This document shows, in pieces, positions 39,835 to 52,754 of a stretch of 64,000 nucleotides of DNA; position 1 is the first letter of the stretch, and every line of letters starts with the position of its first letter. Source of the DNA: Torpedo marmorata (Eukaryota); contig OZ360219.1 of the NCBI GenBank assembly GCA_977017645.1, positions 7,936,001 through 8,000,000 of the forward strand. The letters run 5' to 3'. The notes under the pieces are model-generated. The model saw only the letters and a list, made by a program, of their open reading frames with translations. It was not told where the DNA came from and did not search any database. A program made the translations under genes and the position numbers.

Positions 39835-40019
39835 AAAGAGACATTGTAATTATAATGGATGATTCAGCTCCAAGAAATTCCTGGTTACTAGGAAAAATTA
39901 TTGAGACTATTCAAGACAAAAAGGGACTTGTGCGTCAAGTGCGAATTAAAACTAAGACTGGTTTTCTAAACAGACCTATTAACAAGGTCTGTCTTTTGTT
40001 GGAGACGGAGGAACTTTGA
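39835..40019 (+). pseudogene. BEL integrase C-terminal remnant (DUF5641-like)
   Basis: Manual translation: DIVIIMDDSAPRNSWLLGKIIETIQDKKGLVRQVRIKTKTGFLNRPINKVCLLLETEEL*. Confidence 0.85.
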
Positions 40020-40224
40020 TTAATATAAACTGACTTTATTTGTTGTTGTATACTTCACAGGTTACAGACTTTTGTTGATTCAGAGTTATGGTAAACTCTG
40101 GTTTTATGAAGAAGGAAGAAAGAAGATTTGTGTATTGTTTGAATGTTATGGTTATTGTTATTTATAATTTATAGTGTAATTATTATTTAAGACATTGCGT
40201 CTAATTATAATAATTAGGGGCTGG

Positions 40225-40834
40225 TGTAAGAGCCGTAGGCTCAATAACTTACCTTAATAGCGGTGCTCCGATGCCTCGACGGGTTATGGAGAAGTTGCGA
40301 TGTTTGTAGGCCATCCTCGGCCTGTTTGTGCTCTGCGCATGTACTGGAGTGCCGACGGGCGCATGCGCAGTCTGAAATTGACGTCATTGTGCGCGGTGTA
40401 GTGTGGGAGATGTAGTATGCGCGGTGGAGCGTGCGCAGTGGAATAGGAACATGGAGCATGCGCGAATCGGAAGGAATAGGAAAAAGATGGCGACGTAGGA
40501 GGGTGAGTGAGATCGCCATATCTTTTATTGACCGTTTCATACATAATTTCATAGCGTTTCATAGATCATTTCATCGAGCTTTTAAACTAGTTTATTTGTG
40601 GTTTAAAGTAGTTTAATTGAACATCTGAATACAGTCAAAAGGAATCATTTAAAGGAACTCATACATCATTTTCAAGAACTGTTTATTTTTAAGTCATTGA
40701 AGATTACTGCAAGTCACGTGTGTAAATAAAGTTTTTGAACATATTGGACTTTGTTGGTAAATTAATTGAAACGCGTCAAAGACAAGTATCTCACTTAGCC
40801 TCCAAGTGACTATTGTTGGATCGAAGTCACTATA
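40225..40834 (+). repeat. 3' LTR, 610 bp (terminal CA mutated to TA)
   Basis: Follows the PPT and is followed by TSD CATTC. Confidence 0.92.
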
Positions 40835-40849
40835 CATTCCATCCTGCAT

Positions 40850-41050
40850 ATATGGAAACAGCTGTCAGAGGAAGTAGTTGAGGTAGGCACTATTACTATT
40901 TAAGGAACATTTGGACAGACACATGGATAGAATGGGTTGAGAGGGATATGGGCCTAACACAGGCAGGTGGGACTAGTATGGGTGGGATATTTTGGTTGGC
41001 GTGGCAAGTTGGACCGAATGGCCTGTTTCCATGCTGTATAGCTCTATAAT
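40850..41050 (+). mobile_element. CR1 LINE 3' end
   Basis: gagggatatgggcctaacacaggcaggtggg...ggaccgaatggcctgtttccatgctg. Confidence 0.7.
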
Positions 41051-42582
41051 GTAATTGGACATGCACTTGAAGAGCCATGACCTGAAAGTCTATGCTCCAA
41101 AACTGGAAGGTGATTTGACAGGCACAAAGGACTAAATGATCTTGTTCTCAGTCATACATGTTCTATAATTCTGTTCCATCAATGGTTCTGGTGCAAGGAA
41201 TAATTTATTACTAATGTGTTGGTTGAATGACTTTAATTCTTACTTTTTTAAAATATCTGTCTCCTTTATCAATGTACTGTATTTTTCTTTCAATAGCTGA
41301 TTCGATATTTAATTTGTTTGTCTAATTTATGCTTCCATCATAGATCTTGGATTGTTATTTCTCAGTTCTTTAATCCACAGGGCTGAACCAGTTCATTTAT
41401 GTCCTAGACATGCTGTTTCCCTCACAACCGCACCATCAGCTCATAGTTTCAACAATTCACCACAGATGGAAATTAACAAGCTAAATGTGTAAGGGGAAGT
41501 GGGAAGGGTACAATTAGTCATTCTTCACACCAAATAATAGGCTGCACTTACATTCTAACAAATTTCTTATGTTTGTATTTTAAAAAAGATCAAATACAAA
41601 TAATTTCTATTTAGGATGGACAAAACTGTCCAATCATGATGGTTATGAAAATATTCTCTTATCACATTTACTGTTAAATAAATACATATGTGGGAAGAAT
41701 GCATATACAGTAGGTCAACACTCAGAAGTCAAAATCTTTGAAGCTTGCAAATTAGCAAGACTAGAAACACGTAAATGGTGATGATACACAATATTTCAAG
41801 CTTGAGCTATGAGTCTATGCTTTCACTAGGTGAAATAACTCACTACATTCTTACCATGTATTCTGCTTTTATTTTTATTCAGTCTTGCAGTTGGAACGAC
41901 AATCAGAAGGAATAGTAATGCATACAATGCCAAACAACCTTTCCCTTAAAAGGGAAAATTCTTATAGTAAATTTTAATAGCTCTATTCCTTTGTTTTATC
42001 ACTTGTTAGTTTGTTTAATATAAAATAAATTTAATATCCTGAGGTCCTTAACAGCTATAGAAGACCTGAAATAAACAGCTTGCTTTATACCAGTAGTTAT
42101 GTGTAATTCCTCTGCAGAAAAATCAAGAGAAGTGCAAAGTAAGAACAGACAGATCAGTAGTCAGAACAATGCTTCTCCATGAAATAAAGCCACCCTGGAC
42201 CAGGAGCAGTTATCGTGCAAGAGGACGTTCAGGGAAGACGATGATGGAAGTTGAATAAGAGATGATGAGCAAGTGAGACTTGGTATCAATATTTGGCTGC
42301 AATTTTAAGCTGCAGTGCATGGAGATTGGGTGGTTGATGAGGACAACACTGGCATAATTGCATGTGTTGGTCATAAAGGTTTGGATGAGACTTTAAATGA
42401 GATAGGGGTCATTTATATTGGTGAGTTCAAAATTGGTGGCCACTATAATTAAATCATTTGGGATTAAAAGTTCTGCTCATGGTCTACAAGATCACTGAGA
42501 TTGCAAACTGGTTCCATCTTAGATAATTCCTGGGGAAAGAAATTTCTCATCCATGGAAGTCATATTCTCTCACTCGGGTGTT

Positions 42583-42785
42583 AAACAAGAAGTCTGTAGA
42601 TGCCAGAGGACTGGAGCAATTCACAAAGAAGTGCTGGAGGAACTCAGCAGGTCATGCAACATCCATCGAGAGCAATAGGCAGTCAAATCTTTCTGAAGAA
42701 GAGCTCAGGCCCAAAGCGTCGACTCAATTGCTTTCCATGGACGCTGCATGACCTGCTGACTTCCTCCAGCATTTTTATTTGTGTA
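42583..42785. mobile_element. Short Penelope-derived element with inverted halves
   Basis: gtgctggaggaactcagcaggtcatgca ... tgcatgacctgctgacttcctccagcat. Confidence 0.65.
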
Positions 42786-43989
42786 ATATTCTTCACTCTC
42801 TGTTTCTAGCAATCTCTCAGGTTCAAGGATGAGCTGCTTCTGTGAGCTCTAAGATTGGGGATCCAGAGAAAGGCAGGGCTAAATTAATGCCATGAGAGTA
42901 AGCTTCCTTGACGTGTTTTGATTTATGTTGAAAACTGATGGCAACAAACAAAATTCTTTGCTCTCTACCAGTAGATGAATTGTAAAATTCTGGATACCTG
43001 CTAGCAAAATGTGAAATTCCAATAGCTTCTCATCTTACTCACAGCTCTTTTTTTTTCTAGCAGTAAATATTATATTGGGAATCAGGTGTCCCTGTCACTG
43101 CAGTACTTTTATTGAAGTCTATGGATACTATCTATTTATCCACTGCATTCACAATAATATCTGGTTTTTGTTTTGAATGAATGGAGCCTCAGTCAATCCA
43201 TCAATTACTGATGATGGGTAAGTGTAGTTCATTGCCCATCTCTTCCCAGTTTTAGTTTCCAGTTCGAAAAGGCTGCATTTCAGAACTCCATGTCTCCCTG
43301 GTACAAATTGAGTGATGCAAACCAACTGAATGAAATTGATTTCAAAGTCAATACAATAGCATTTTGTTTCACATCTCTTTAATGTATAACCTGCCAGAAC
43401 ATGGCCCTTGTGCAAACATTTTGAATTTTATAATGATAAAATTACCATTTCAAAGAACATCTTTTATGTAATGCAAACAGTAACACATATTACTTGGGCC
43501 ATGGAAACAAAATAGATGTCAGCATTCTGCATTGGATGACAGCTGATAACAACTATATTGCACAAGTAACAACAAAGGTAATTTCAGTATTTCTCCAGCA
43601 ATTTCAAACATGTAGGAATAAATTTGAAATAAAAACAGAAAATGCTGACACCAGCAGGTCAGGGAGCAGCCGTAGAAAAATAAACATCTAAACTTTCATA
43701 TCAAAGACCCTTCATCTCAGCAGGGAAAGAGAAAACAGGTTAGAACATAGAAATCTACAGCACTGTAAAGGGTCTTTGGCCCACAGAGTTGTGTTAACCT
43801 AATAACTTACTCTACCAGCTGCCTGGAATATTCCTTCTGCATAACTCTCCATTTTTCTCAGTTCCAGGTACCTATCTAATAGTCTCTTAATTTTAAATTG
43901 CAGAAAAGGGTTGAGTAGTTCAAAGATTAAGGTTCCCTTGGGGATAAGTTTCAGAGGGCATCCAGAGGATGGGTTAATGTAGGAATTAG

Positions 43990-46700
43990 GGAGGGAGAGA
44001 GAGAGAGGGGGGGGGGTGCAATAAACAAAAGATATGTGATGAGAGCAATTAGAGTGTGGGAAACAAAGAATGAAAAGTTCTGCAATGCCAAGTTGTAAAA
44101 CATGGCACAAAGGTCAGACTGCACTAAAAGAGAGAAAAAAATGGAATGAATATTGCAAATTGATGACCTGCAGCAGGCAAAGCCAGTTCTGATAAAGACA
44201 GAGAAAGCAAATTCGCTGAAGTTGCAGAATAAATTATTAAAGCAGGAAGGATGCAAAGTTTCCAGACTGAAGAGGAAATGTCCTTCAACCTTAAAATGGG
44301 CATTATTATAACAGCGAAGGTGTCCACAGACAGGCAAGAGCAGCAGTGAGATGCAGAATTAAAGTAGAAAACAACAGGGAAAGCTGAGTCACCCTGTGAA
44401 CTGAACACAGATGCTGTGGGCAGTAGTCAGCCAAATTGTGTTTGGTCCTTCCAATATAGTGGAGACCACATCATTATCGAATGCAGAACTTTAGATTGGA
44501 AGAAATGTTTGTGAATTGCTGCTTCCCTTGGAAGAACTGGTGGGGTCCTGATACTGAACAAAGAGAAGAGGTAAAAGAACACATTGCATTCCCTGCAATT
44601 GCGCGGAAACATGCTGAAAGAAGGGGTGGGGTTGATGTAGACAGAATAGGCAACCAGAAGAGAATGCTGTATTTGAAATGCTGAAAGGGGAGGGGTGGAT
44701 GTGTGTGCTTGAGGAATTGTGTTGGAGCTGGTAAGGTGGAAGGTGAGGTCAATGAAACTCCATCCCTTCTCTGTCCAGGAGAGGAAGGATGAGAGCAGCT
44801 GTGTAGGGAATGGATGAGATGTAGTCAAGGGTCCATCCACCATGGTAGAACGGAAGGCACAATTCACAAAAAGAAACCAAAGACACCCGTGGGCAAAGTC
44901 TCATCTTTCAAGCAAATACGCCAGAGACAGGCACTGAGAAAATGGACTGGAGTCTTTAGAGCAGAGGAAGTATACTTGATACAGCTGTGGAAATCTGTAG
45001 ACTTGTAAAGGATGATTAATGATTATCTATCTTCCAAGATGCAATAGAGAGGTTCAGAAAGAGAAGGGAAGAATCTGAGATGGAAAATGTGAAAGTGAGA
45101 GGAGGGTGGAAAATGGTAACAAAAGTGATTAAGTTTTTCCAAAAGTCTATGATTTTTGGTTTAAAGTTTAAAAAAATTTAGATAAAGTATTTAAGATTAT
45201 ATTCCCGATGGATCCTATGATCTTTTTGTTTGGCATGCAGAACTTCGTTCATGTATACCACTTGAAAAAATTACTTATAACTTACTTATAACTTACGGAA
45301 TAAATATCATTTCTTTTTGAAAATATGGAGCCCTTATATGAAAGCTGTTGGATTAAGGATTTGAAGATCTCTGGACATTGGATCTACTGGCTACCGAACC
45401 TCCATAATAGAATTAGTTTATAGATGTATTTATTAGATTGACATTCTCCTTACTTCTCTATTTCTTTCTTTTTTATATTTTATTAGATTAGTGGGGTTGG
45501 GAGGGTTGGGGAGGGGAGGGTGGGAGGGGGGGGGTGAAAATGTATCACAAGTATTTTGGATAATTTTATATTTTATTCTATGTATTTTGTGATTTAAAAT
45601 TTTAAATAAAATATTTTTTTTTTAAAGTGATTACGTTTTCAAGTTCAGTGTGAATGCAGGAAGCAGTATGAGTGTACTGAAAGAAGAGCTGAAGGATGGA
45701 TTCCAAGTAAAATCGAAACAAAGATAGTTCTAAATATCCCATAAAAAAGACAGTTGTACCTTTGGCCCATGCATGAGCCTATTGCTACACCTTTGATCTG
45801 GAGAAGGTGAGTGAAGTTGAAGGAGAAGATGTTAAATGAGTGTGTTAGTGGAGGGGAACTGTTTGGCCTCTGTTCAATATGAGGTGGAAGGTACTTGCAC
45901 CAACCTGGTGAGGGATGGAGGGGATAGGAGTGTCAAGGGATTGTGTAAAGATTACCCCAATTTGACAAGGAATCAGAAACTGAATGTGGTGGAGGCCATC
46001 AGTGGTGTCACAAATATCTGTGGAAAGAGTCTGGACCAGGGGAAAAGATGATCAAAGTTGGGAAAAATAAGTTTGGTGGGGCCAGAGCCAGCTGAACGGT
46101 GGGTCTGCCAGAATAGTCCTGGTTGTGGAACTTAGGGAGGAGATCGGGCTGGGAGACCAAAGTCTGAAAGCTGTGAAGGGGTGAGGTTGGGGGAAGTATG
46201 AGGATGTGTTTATCAGCTGACATTTGAGAATGAGGTAAGTTTGCCAGTCATTAGGTTTGATGCCAATATTGGAGTTGGTCTGGTGAATGAAGTGCTGCAA
46301 ATTCAGAAGGATGAGTGAATAAATCAAGGTGGTCAGTATTCCATTGAAAGTTAGCAATGACTAATCCAGAGAAGTTAAGAGAAAGGGATCCAGATGGATC
46401 ACAAATTGTGGAGGCAGGAAGAAATCTGGGATGAAGACTCCAAGCCAAGGAAATGGGTGCAGAAGCAGAGGAGCAGAAGAAGAGTTAAACGACATGTTAG
46501 GCTAAGAATTTCCTATGCTGAAGATGCAGGGAAATGAAGCTGAGACCTCTGCTGAGGATTGCTTCTTTGGTATCAGATAGGGGAATAACAGGAGGGAACG
46601 TGAAAGCATGGCAAAGGGAGGATGGGGGAAAATGAGGGTCGGAGGAAACTAAGCAGGAGAAAGATCATGAGCTGTTGAGTTTACAATTTTTCATGTCTGA
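43990..46700 (-). mobile_element. Decayed Penelope-like element (RT/GIY-YIG remnants), interrupted by an L1 piece
   Basis: Minus-strand fragments (CRECN..., FTNISSNL..CIR) parallel the better-preserved copy at 58.6-60.6 kb. Confidence 0.6.
45140..45623 (+). mobile_element. L1 3' end with internal deletion; sibling of 55093-55665
   Basis: Near-identical to 55093-55665 but lacks ~135 bp between two TGG microhomologies. Imperfect TSD AAAGTGATTA(A/C)GTTTT. Confidence 0.8.
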
Positions 46701-47089
46701 AAGGAAGAAAACATCTGTTGCAACATTGACTGAGGCAAAGAATAAAGTGGGTAAGGAGAAATATGTTCTTTCAATAAAGTGCACATTCATGTATATGTGC
46801 CCAATAAAGTCTTAATGTAGTTTTTCGGCACATATCATTTAAAATGAACCTGAAATAAGCTTGTACAATTTACTTGCACTATTTTTGTGACTGTCAAATA
46901 AATACAGTTGAAATGGTTCCAGTGATCAGGATCAAATTGAATTCTTTAACAGTGTGATGGTGAGGAATCTGTTTTATGCAAAATAATTTTAAGGTAAAAT
47001 ATGTACAGGTTATAGACTCTCACACGAAAAGACACATATCCTCTGAAAATAAAATCACTACTTTCCCTTTACAATGAAAGCTGATTATC

Positions 47090-47262
47090 TGAGAAAACTG
47101 CGCACAATATTCCAAATTTGGCCTCACCAATGCCTTATACAACTTCAACATGACATCCCAACTCCGAAATTCAATACTCTGATTTATGAAGGCCAACATA
47201 CCAAATGCTTTCTTCACCACCCTATCTACGTGTGACTCAACTTTCAGGGAAATATGTACCAG
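47090..47262 (-). mobile_element. CR1 ORF2 fragment
   Basis: VKKAFGMLAFINQSIEFRSWDVMLKLYKALVRPNLEYCAQF. Confidence 0.85.
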
Positions 47263-47427
47263 AAGGACTTTACAAGGACTGAATCGGTTTGGCAGTCCCT
47301 GTGGCAGTCTTTCTCAGTTGGATTGTAGGAGGGGACACTTGGAGGAAGGGAGGGGGCAGTAGAAAATGGATAGAGAGTATCCAAAGCTGGAAATTGTGGA
47401 GATTGGGAAAGGGGTCTGCCAATATGA

Positions 47428-48543
47428 TTTTTTTAACCAAAAATAGACTTTATTCACCATAAATTATTTACAGACAGAAACATATTCAAAGTCTCTTCGC
47501 ACCCTTACTTTCGTATCCATTCATTTCCATCACTGTACACTGTTACATTCATTTTCTATTTAGTAGCATTGCCACCACTGTAGTACCTTGTCACTTCTCC
47601 CCTCTGTTGTTCAAGGAGCTACTCCTTGGTCTCAGCCCCTCAATGCCCAGTAACATAAGGACTTGAGGCTATGGTCCTTCCCCACAGCGACCTCGCATTG
47701 GCTGCACCAAGCCTCAGTGTGTCCCCCAGCACATACTCCTGCAGTCTTGAATGTGCCAATCGGCAGCATTCCTGCACCGACATCTAAGTTTACTGAAAGA
47801 CCAATAGGTTTTGGGCAGACCAAAGGCATCTTTCACTGAGTTGATAGTCTTCCAACAGTTCTGGTTGTCTGACTTTGTGTGCGTCCCCAGGAACAGCCCG
47901 TAAATCAGAGAGTCCACTGTCATGCTGCTGCAGGGGATGCACCGTGACAGGGACACTTGCATCCTTCTCCACACTCTCTGTGCAAATCTGCATTCGGCAA
48001 AGAGGTGGGCGACTGTCTCCACTCCACCGCAGTCATCCTGGGGACAACGTGTGTTGTGGTTGATGTTCCAGTTGTACAGGAAGGATCTAACTGGGAGGCC
48101 TCCTCTCACCGCCAGCCAGGCCAAGTCCTGGTGCTTGTTTGTGAGCCCTGGCGATGAGGCATTCCACTAGATGACCCAGACTGTCTGCACAACGAACCAC
48201 CCCAGCATGTCCATCGAGTTCTCTTCTCTCAGTGTCTGCATGATGTTCCGTGCTGACCACTACCTGTTGTCCTTATGGTCAAAGGTATTTGGATAAACTT
48301 TTTCATGAAGGATAGGTGGTGCGGCAAAATCCAGCTGACTGAGACATTGCGCGGCAACGGGGCCACGCCTATCCTTCGCAACACCTGGGACAGGTAGAAC
48401 CTCAGCACATAGCAGCACTTGGTGCCCTCGTACTTTGGTTCTAACCACAGCCTGATACAGCCACACACGAAGGTGGTCATCAGGATGAAGGCCATGTTGG
48501 GCACACCCTTGCCCCTGATGTCTGGCAACTTGTACATGGTGAC
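47428..48543 (-). mobile_element. Tx1/L1-clade LINE, 3' part of ORF2 (zf-RVT) plus 3' UTR and poly(A)
   Basis: AWLAVRGGLPVRSFLY...CPQDDCGGVETVAHLFAEC; TMYKLPDIRGKGVPN; poly-T and TTTATT near 47430-47453. Confidence 0.8.
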
Positions 48544-50846
48544 TACAGTGACTTCAATCCAACAAATAGTCACTTGGAGGCTAGGTGAGATATTTGTTCT
48601 TGACGCGTTTCAATTAATTTACGAACAAAGTCCAATATGTTCATAATGTTTATTAACACATGATGACTTGTAGCAATCTTCAATAACTTAAATATCTTCT
48701 TTAATGAAATATAAACAATTCTTGATAACGATGCTTAATAACGATTCTTCAAAATGTCTATAAACTTCCTTCAAATGATTCCTTTAACAATCATTTAAAC
48801 GTTACTTTAAATGTTACTTTAAACATGGCTTTAAACGTCCTTTATACGGTCAATGAAAGATATGACAATCTCACTCACCCTCTTCTAAGCCGCCATATTT
48901 GATACTACCACTTCTCCGATTCACGCATGCTCTAACCGCACATACTCCTGTCACTTCCCCACTGCGCATGCGCCCGTCAGCACTCTCGCGCATGCGCAGA
49001 GTATTCAATAGGCCTAGCATGGCTTAATAATCTCCGTGTCTCCTCCGAAACCCACTGAGACCATCGGAACGCCGCGATTACGGTAAGTAACCAAGCCTAC
49101 GGCTATTACACCGGCCCCTAATTATTATAATTAGACGCAATGTCTTAAATAATAATTACACAATCAATTACAAATAACAGTAACCATATAACATTCAAAC
49201 AATATACAAATGTTCTTTCTTCGCAAGACCAGAGTTTACCATAACTCTGGATCAACAAAAGTCCGTAATCTGTGTAGTATACAACAACAACATAAAGTCA
49301 GTTTGTATTTATCAAAGTTCTTTTATCTCCAGAATCTTTAAGTTAAAACGTCGACCAGTAAACCTCAAATGTTCCTCAGACAAAATAGATAGTTTTTATT
49401 TTGAATTTAACACAAGGTACTTCTTCAGCATGTCGTTTCACTTTATTTCTTTCTTCAGCATCCCACTTCTCATGTGAAGAATTTAAACTCTTAGAACCAG
49501 AATTTGAATATTTATCTGATCCTCTCGATTTTAATAAACAAGTCTCTTTAACCACTGTGGTTTCTATTGCCTTTTCCTACAATTCCAAATCCAATTTTGC
49601 AACTTTCAATTCAGTCTCAGTTCCTTCCGAGAAATTAATAACTTAATCTGAAGTGAAAATATTATGCGATACATTGGTACTTCTGTTGTCAACCCTGCTG
49701 TGATAAACTTGAAATTTTAAAATTTCTTCATCTTGCTTGTTACATTGCTGCAATGCAATATCACTTTCTTTCAACATTGTTAGTAGCTGAACATTCAATT
49801 TACATTCTTGATTGTTTTCTATAATCAACTGTTTTGTGTTATTAACCAATAACTTGTTCTCTTTCAAAATATTAATCTCTTCCTCCAACCTTTTACATTT
49901 TGATAATGCTAAATATCTTTCTTCAATAACTGTATTTATTTCTTCAGCAGTTATTGTTTTCTTCCACTTTCTGACTTTGCGAATTTTACTTACAATTAAA
50001 TCTTTCTGTTTAATGTTTTCATGATTATCCAATACTTCCAATTCCCCTTTCAACATTTTTTTCTCTGAATTCAATTGCATTAAATTATCATTCACATTCT
50101 TCTTTATTCCATCAGCACAATTTTCTGCGTTCAACAGTTTTACATCACATTGCAACATTTCTTCATTGACTTTGTCTGCTGTAACCTCAGAACAACAAAA
50201 TCTACTTTCAAATTTGTTCTCAGTCACTTGTTTTATTCCTGTCTCTGATTCAATTACACAGGAATAATCACTAGTATTATTTGCAATATCTTCTAATACT
50301 TCATTTTCATCCATTTCTGATGAACACAATTCCTTCAATGTTGTTTTAAATACCTTTGATTTATTTTCACATTGATCTGTTTTCTTTTCTTCAAAAGTGA
50401 CTTTCTTATTCACAGTCTTTTGCTCTTCCCTTAACTCATCAACTTTCACAACAGAAATCCTGTTGATATTTATCGCTAACTGTTCCTGTGCAATATCATT
50501 ATTTCTTTATAATAGTCCATTGATTGTCCAACCAAGCTTGGTTCTAACAGCGTAAGGTTCATTCCCTCTACTCCGTATTATTTCCAGTGGTTCCAAAACC
50601 TTTGGTACATCTGAACCAATCAGCATTTCTATCTCAGAGTTAACTTCAGGTAGATAAACCTTCCACAGATAAGACAAATGATGGAAATCATTTTGATGCG
50701 CAATGTTTCCTTCGTGCACAGGCATAGTCTTCTGAGTATATAAACTTGGAAGATCATAACATTTTTTGTCATCCAATCCAGCAACCTCTAAGCCTGAAAC
50801 AATGCTGGTTTCAACGACCTTTTCTTGTCACATGGTTTTCAACATA
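48544..50846 (-). mobile_element. Second, 5'-truncated copy of the BEL/Pao element with the same foreign insert (3' LTR 48544-49110)
   Basis: ORFs 49643..50449 and 50507..50776 are colinear with ORF 38008..39582. PPT AATTAGGGGCCGG on the minus strand; LTR ends match copy 1. Confidence 0.92.
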
Positions 50847-51310
50847 CCATATATTTCGGCATATAAGTCGACCAGCAGATAAGTTGACCCCCTTTTTCAG
50901 CCTCATTTTAATGGTATTATTGTATATCCGGGGTATAAGTCGACCCCCAATTTTAAGGCTGTCCGGGCCTCCCAGCAACAACCCAAAATTTGTTACAACA
51001 CCCCAATCGCCAAGTAACAAAGCTGTAAATTAAGCAAGTAAGTAAAAAAAACCGTAAAAAAAACCTTTGCTTCTGGCCGGGAAGATGCAGGTGCGGCGAC
51101 GTCTTTCTCCTGAGCAGGTGCGGGGAGCTCATTCTCCCGAGCAGGTGCGGCGACGTCTTTCTCCTGAGCAGGTGCGGGGAGCTTGTTCTCCCGAGCAGGA
51201 GCGGCGACCTCGTTCTCCTGGGTAGGAGCGGCGACCTCAGGCTCCCGGTAGGAGCGGCGACCTCGTTCTCCCGGGCAGGAGCGGCGACCTCATTCTCCCG
51301 GGCAGGTGCA
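50847..51310. mobile_element. Truncated pogo/Tigger-type non-autonomous element with a GC-rich minisatellite
   Basis: TA then CCATATATTTCGGCATATAAGTCGACC, related to the TIR at 32095. ~27-bp tandem units (GAGCAGGTGCGGCGACGTCTTTCTCCT and variants) at ~51085-51310. No second TIR. Confidence 0.65.
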
Positions 51311-51324
51311 CTGTGGAAAGTATA

Positions 51325-51620
51325 CATCTGGTCAAAAGACTTCTCCTGGCGTAAGCTGACCAGGCAGGTGTCCACCCCCCTGTGCTGCACGTAGGCGATG
51401 GTATCTCTGAGCAGCGCAAGGCTGTCAGAGATTTTCCTGCCCAGAACCATGTAGTTTTGGTCTGGGTGGATTACCTGCCCCAGGCCAGACTTGACTCGAT
51501 TGACAATGACTTTGGACAGGATTTTGTAATCGACATTTAACAATGATATGGGTCTCGAATTCCTGATATCCTCCTTCTCCCCTTCTGTTTGAAGATGAGG
51601 GTGATGATGCCCTTCTTCTT
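51325..51620 (-). mobile_element. Tx1/L1-clade RT N-terminal fragment
   Basis: RPISLLNVDYKILSKVIVNRVKSGLGQVIHPDQ...LVSL(R/D)QEKSFD in ORF 50953..51648. Confidence 0.85.
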
Positions 51621-52429
51621 GGAGCCTGACATGCTGTCTGTGGGCCAATGGGATTTCTGTGGAGCTGATATGTGCGCCTTATACATGTTCAGGTCAGAAT
51701 TTCTATGGGTGTCCATTGATTTCATAGGGTTACATGTAGCCAGGATTACTTCAACTGTCTACAGCCTTTCCAGTTGGTTGTGGAATCACACAAGTATACC
51801 TCAACAGTTAATTGCATGAAAGGTTTAATACGTGTATAATGGAGTCATCATTAACAAGCTTTGACGGCCACAGTCAGGTACGCTCCTCACATTCATTATC
51901 ATGTTTTGACTCATCAAAATGGCACTGTATTATTGGCTCCAGGTAGTGCAGTGCCTGGAGAAGTTTAGATAAAACCTGGTAGACCTCTGAATAAGTATAT
52001 TTTAATGATGAATGGATCCTGCACATGAAAGTTCAATGTTCTCATGTCTGTTGTGATGCACACGTTTCAAATTCAGGCTCTTTGCCTTGAATAGAACAGA
52101 ATTTAGAGATTATTTGTCTGTGGACGTTTGCCCACCCAGTGCCGGAATGAGCTTGGTCAATTTCATTTTATGCTGCGTTGTTACAGCATCTAATTCAGAT
52201 TAGAATTACATACCTCCTTAATTTCACAGCATCCTACTTTACTGGTTTCTTGATCATTAACCAGCTGGTATCATCATGCAATAGGAATAAACAGCACTTC
52301 TACCTCGTGATCTAAATCCGACATGAAGCTAATTAGGACATCCTTCTCTTAATTCAAACCATGTCATGCAAGTGCCAGTATTCAAGTGGATAGACATTGT
52401 GAAAGGAAATGAACATTCACAAGGAGAGA

Positions 52430-52691
52430 ACCAAAGAACATAACAGCAGAGAAACAGGCCATTCAGCCCGTCTAGTCTGTGCCAAACTATTTCACCTAGT
52501 CCCAATGATCTGCACCCGTATCACTGTCGTCCGTTCTCTTTCCATCCATGTACCTATCCAAATCTCTTTTAAATGTTGAAATGCATTCACCACCTCCACT
52601 GGCAGCTCGTTCCACACTCTCACCACCCTCTGAGTGAAGAATTTCCCCTAATGTTCCCCCTAAACATTTCACCTTTCGCCTGTAACCCATG
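52430..52691 (-). mobile_element. CR1 3' end (continues at 56138-56290)
   Basis: ORF 52496..52702 is CR1-like. TAACCCATG is duplicated at 52683-52691 and 56138-56146. Confidence 0.75.
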
Positions 52692-52754
52692 CAGTTAAAC
52701 AAGAAAGTCTGCAGATGCTGGGGGTGAGTGCAATTAACAAGTGTACAGGAGAAA

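Larger units (their letters stand above)
34779..40834 (+). mobile_element. BEL/Pao LTR retrotransposon, non-autonomous (gag-protease plus foreign insert; RT/RNaseH/IN core missing)
   Basis: Paired ~600-bp LTRs starting TGTAAGAGCCGTAGG, 5-bp TSD CATTC (34774-34778 and 40835-40839), PPT AATTAGGGGCTGG before 40225, BEL gag and protease motifs. Confidence 0.93.

Noticed and set aside
51085-51310. CRISPR-like repeat array
   Set aside because: The units are contiguous with no unique spacers, in a eukaryotic context; this is a minisatellite inside a MITE.
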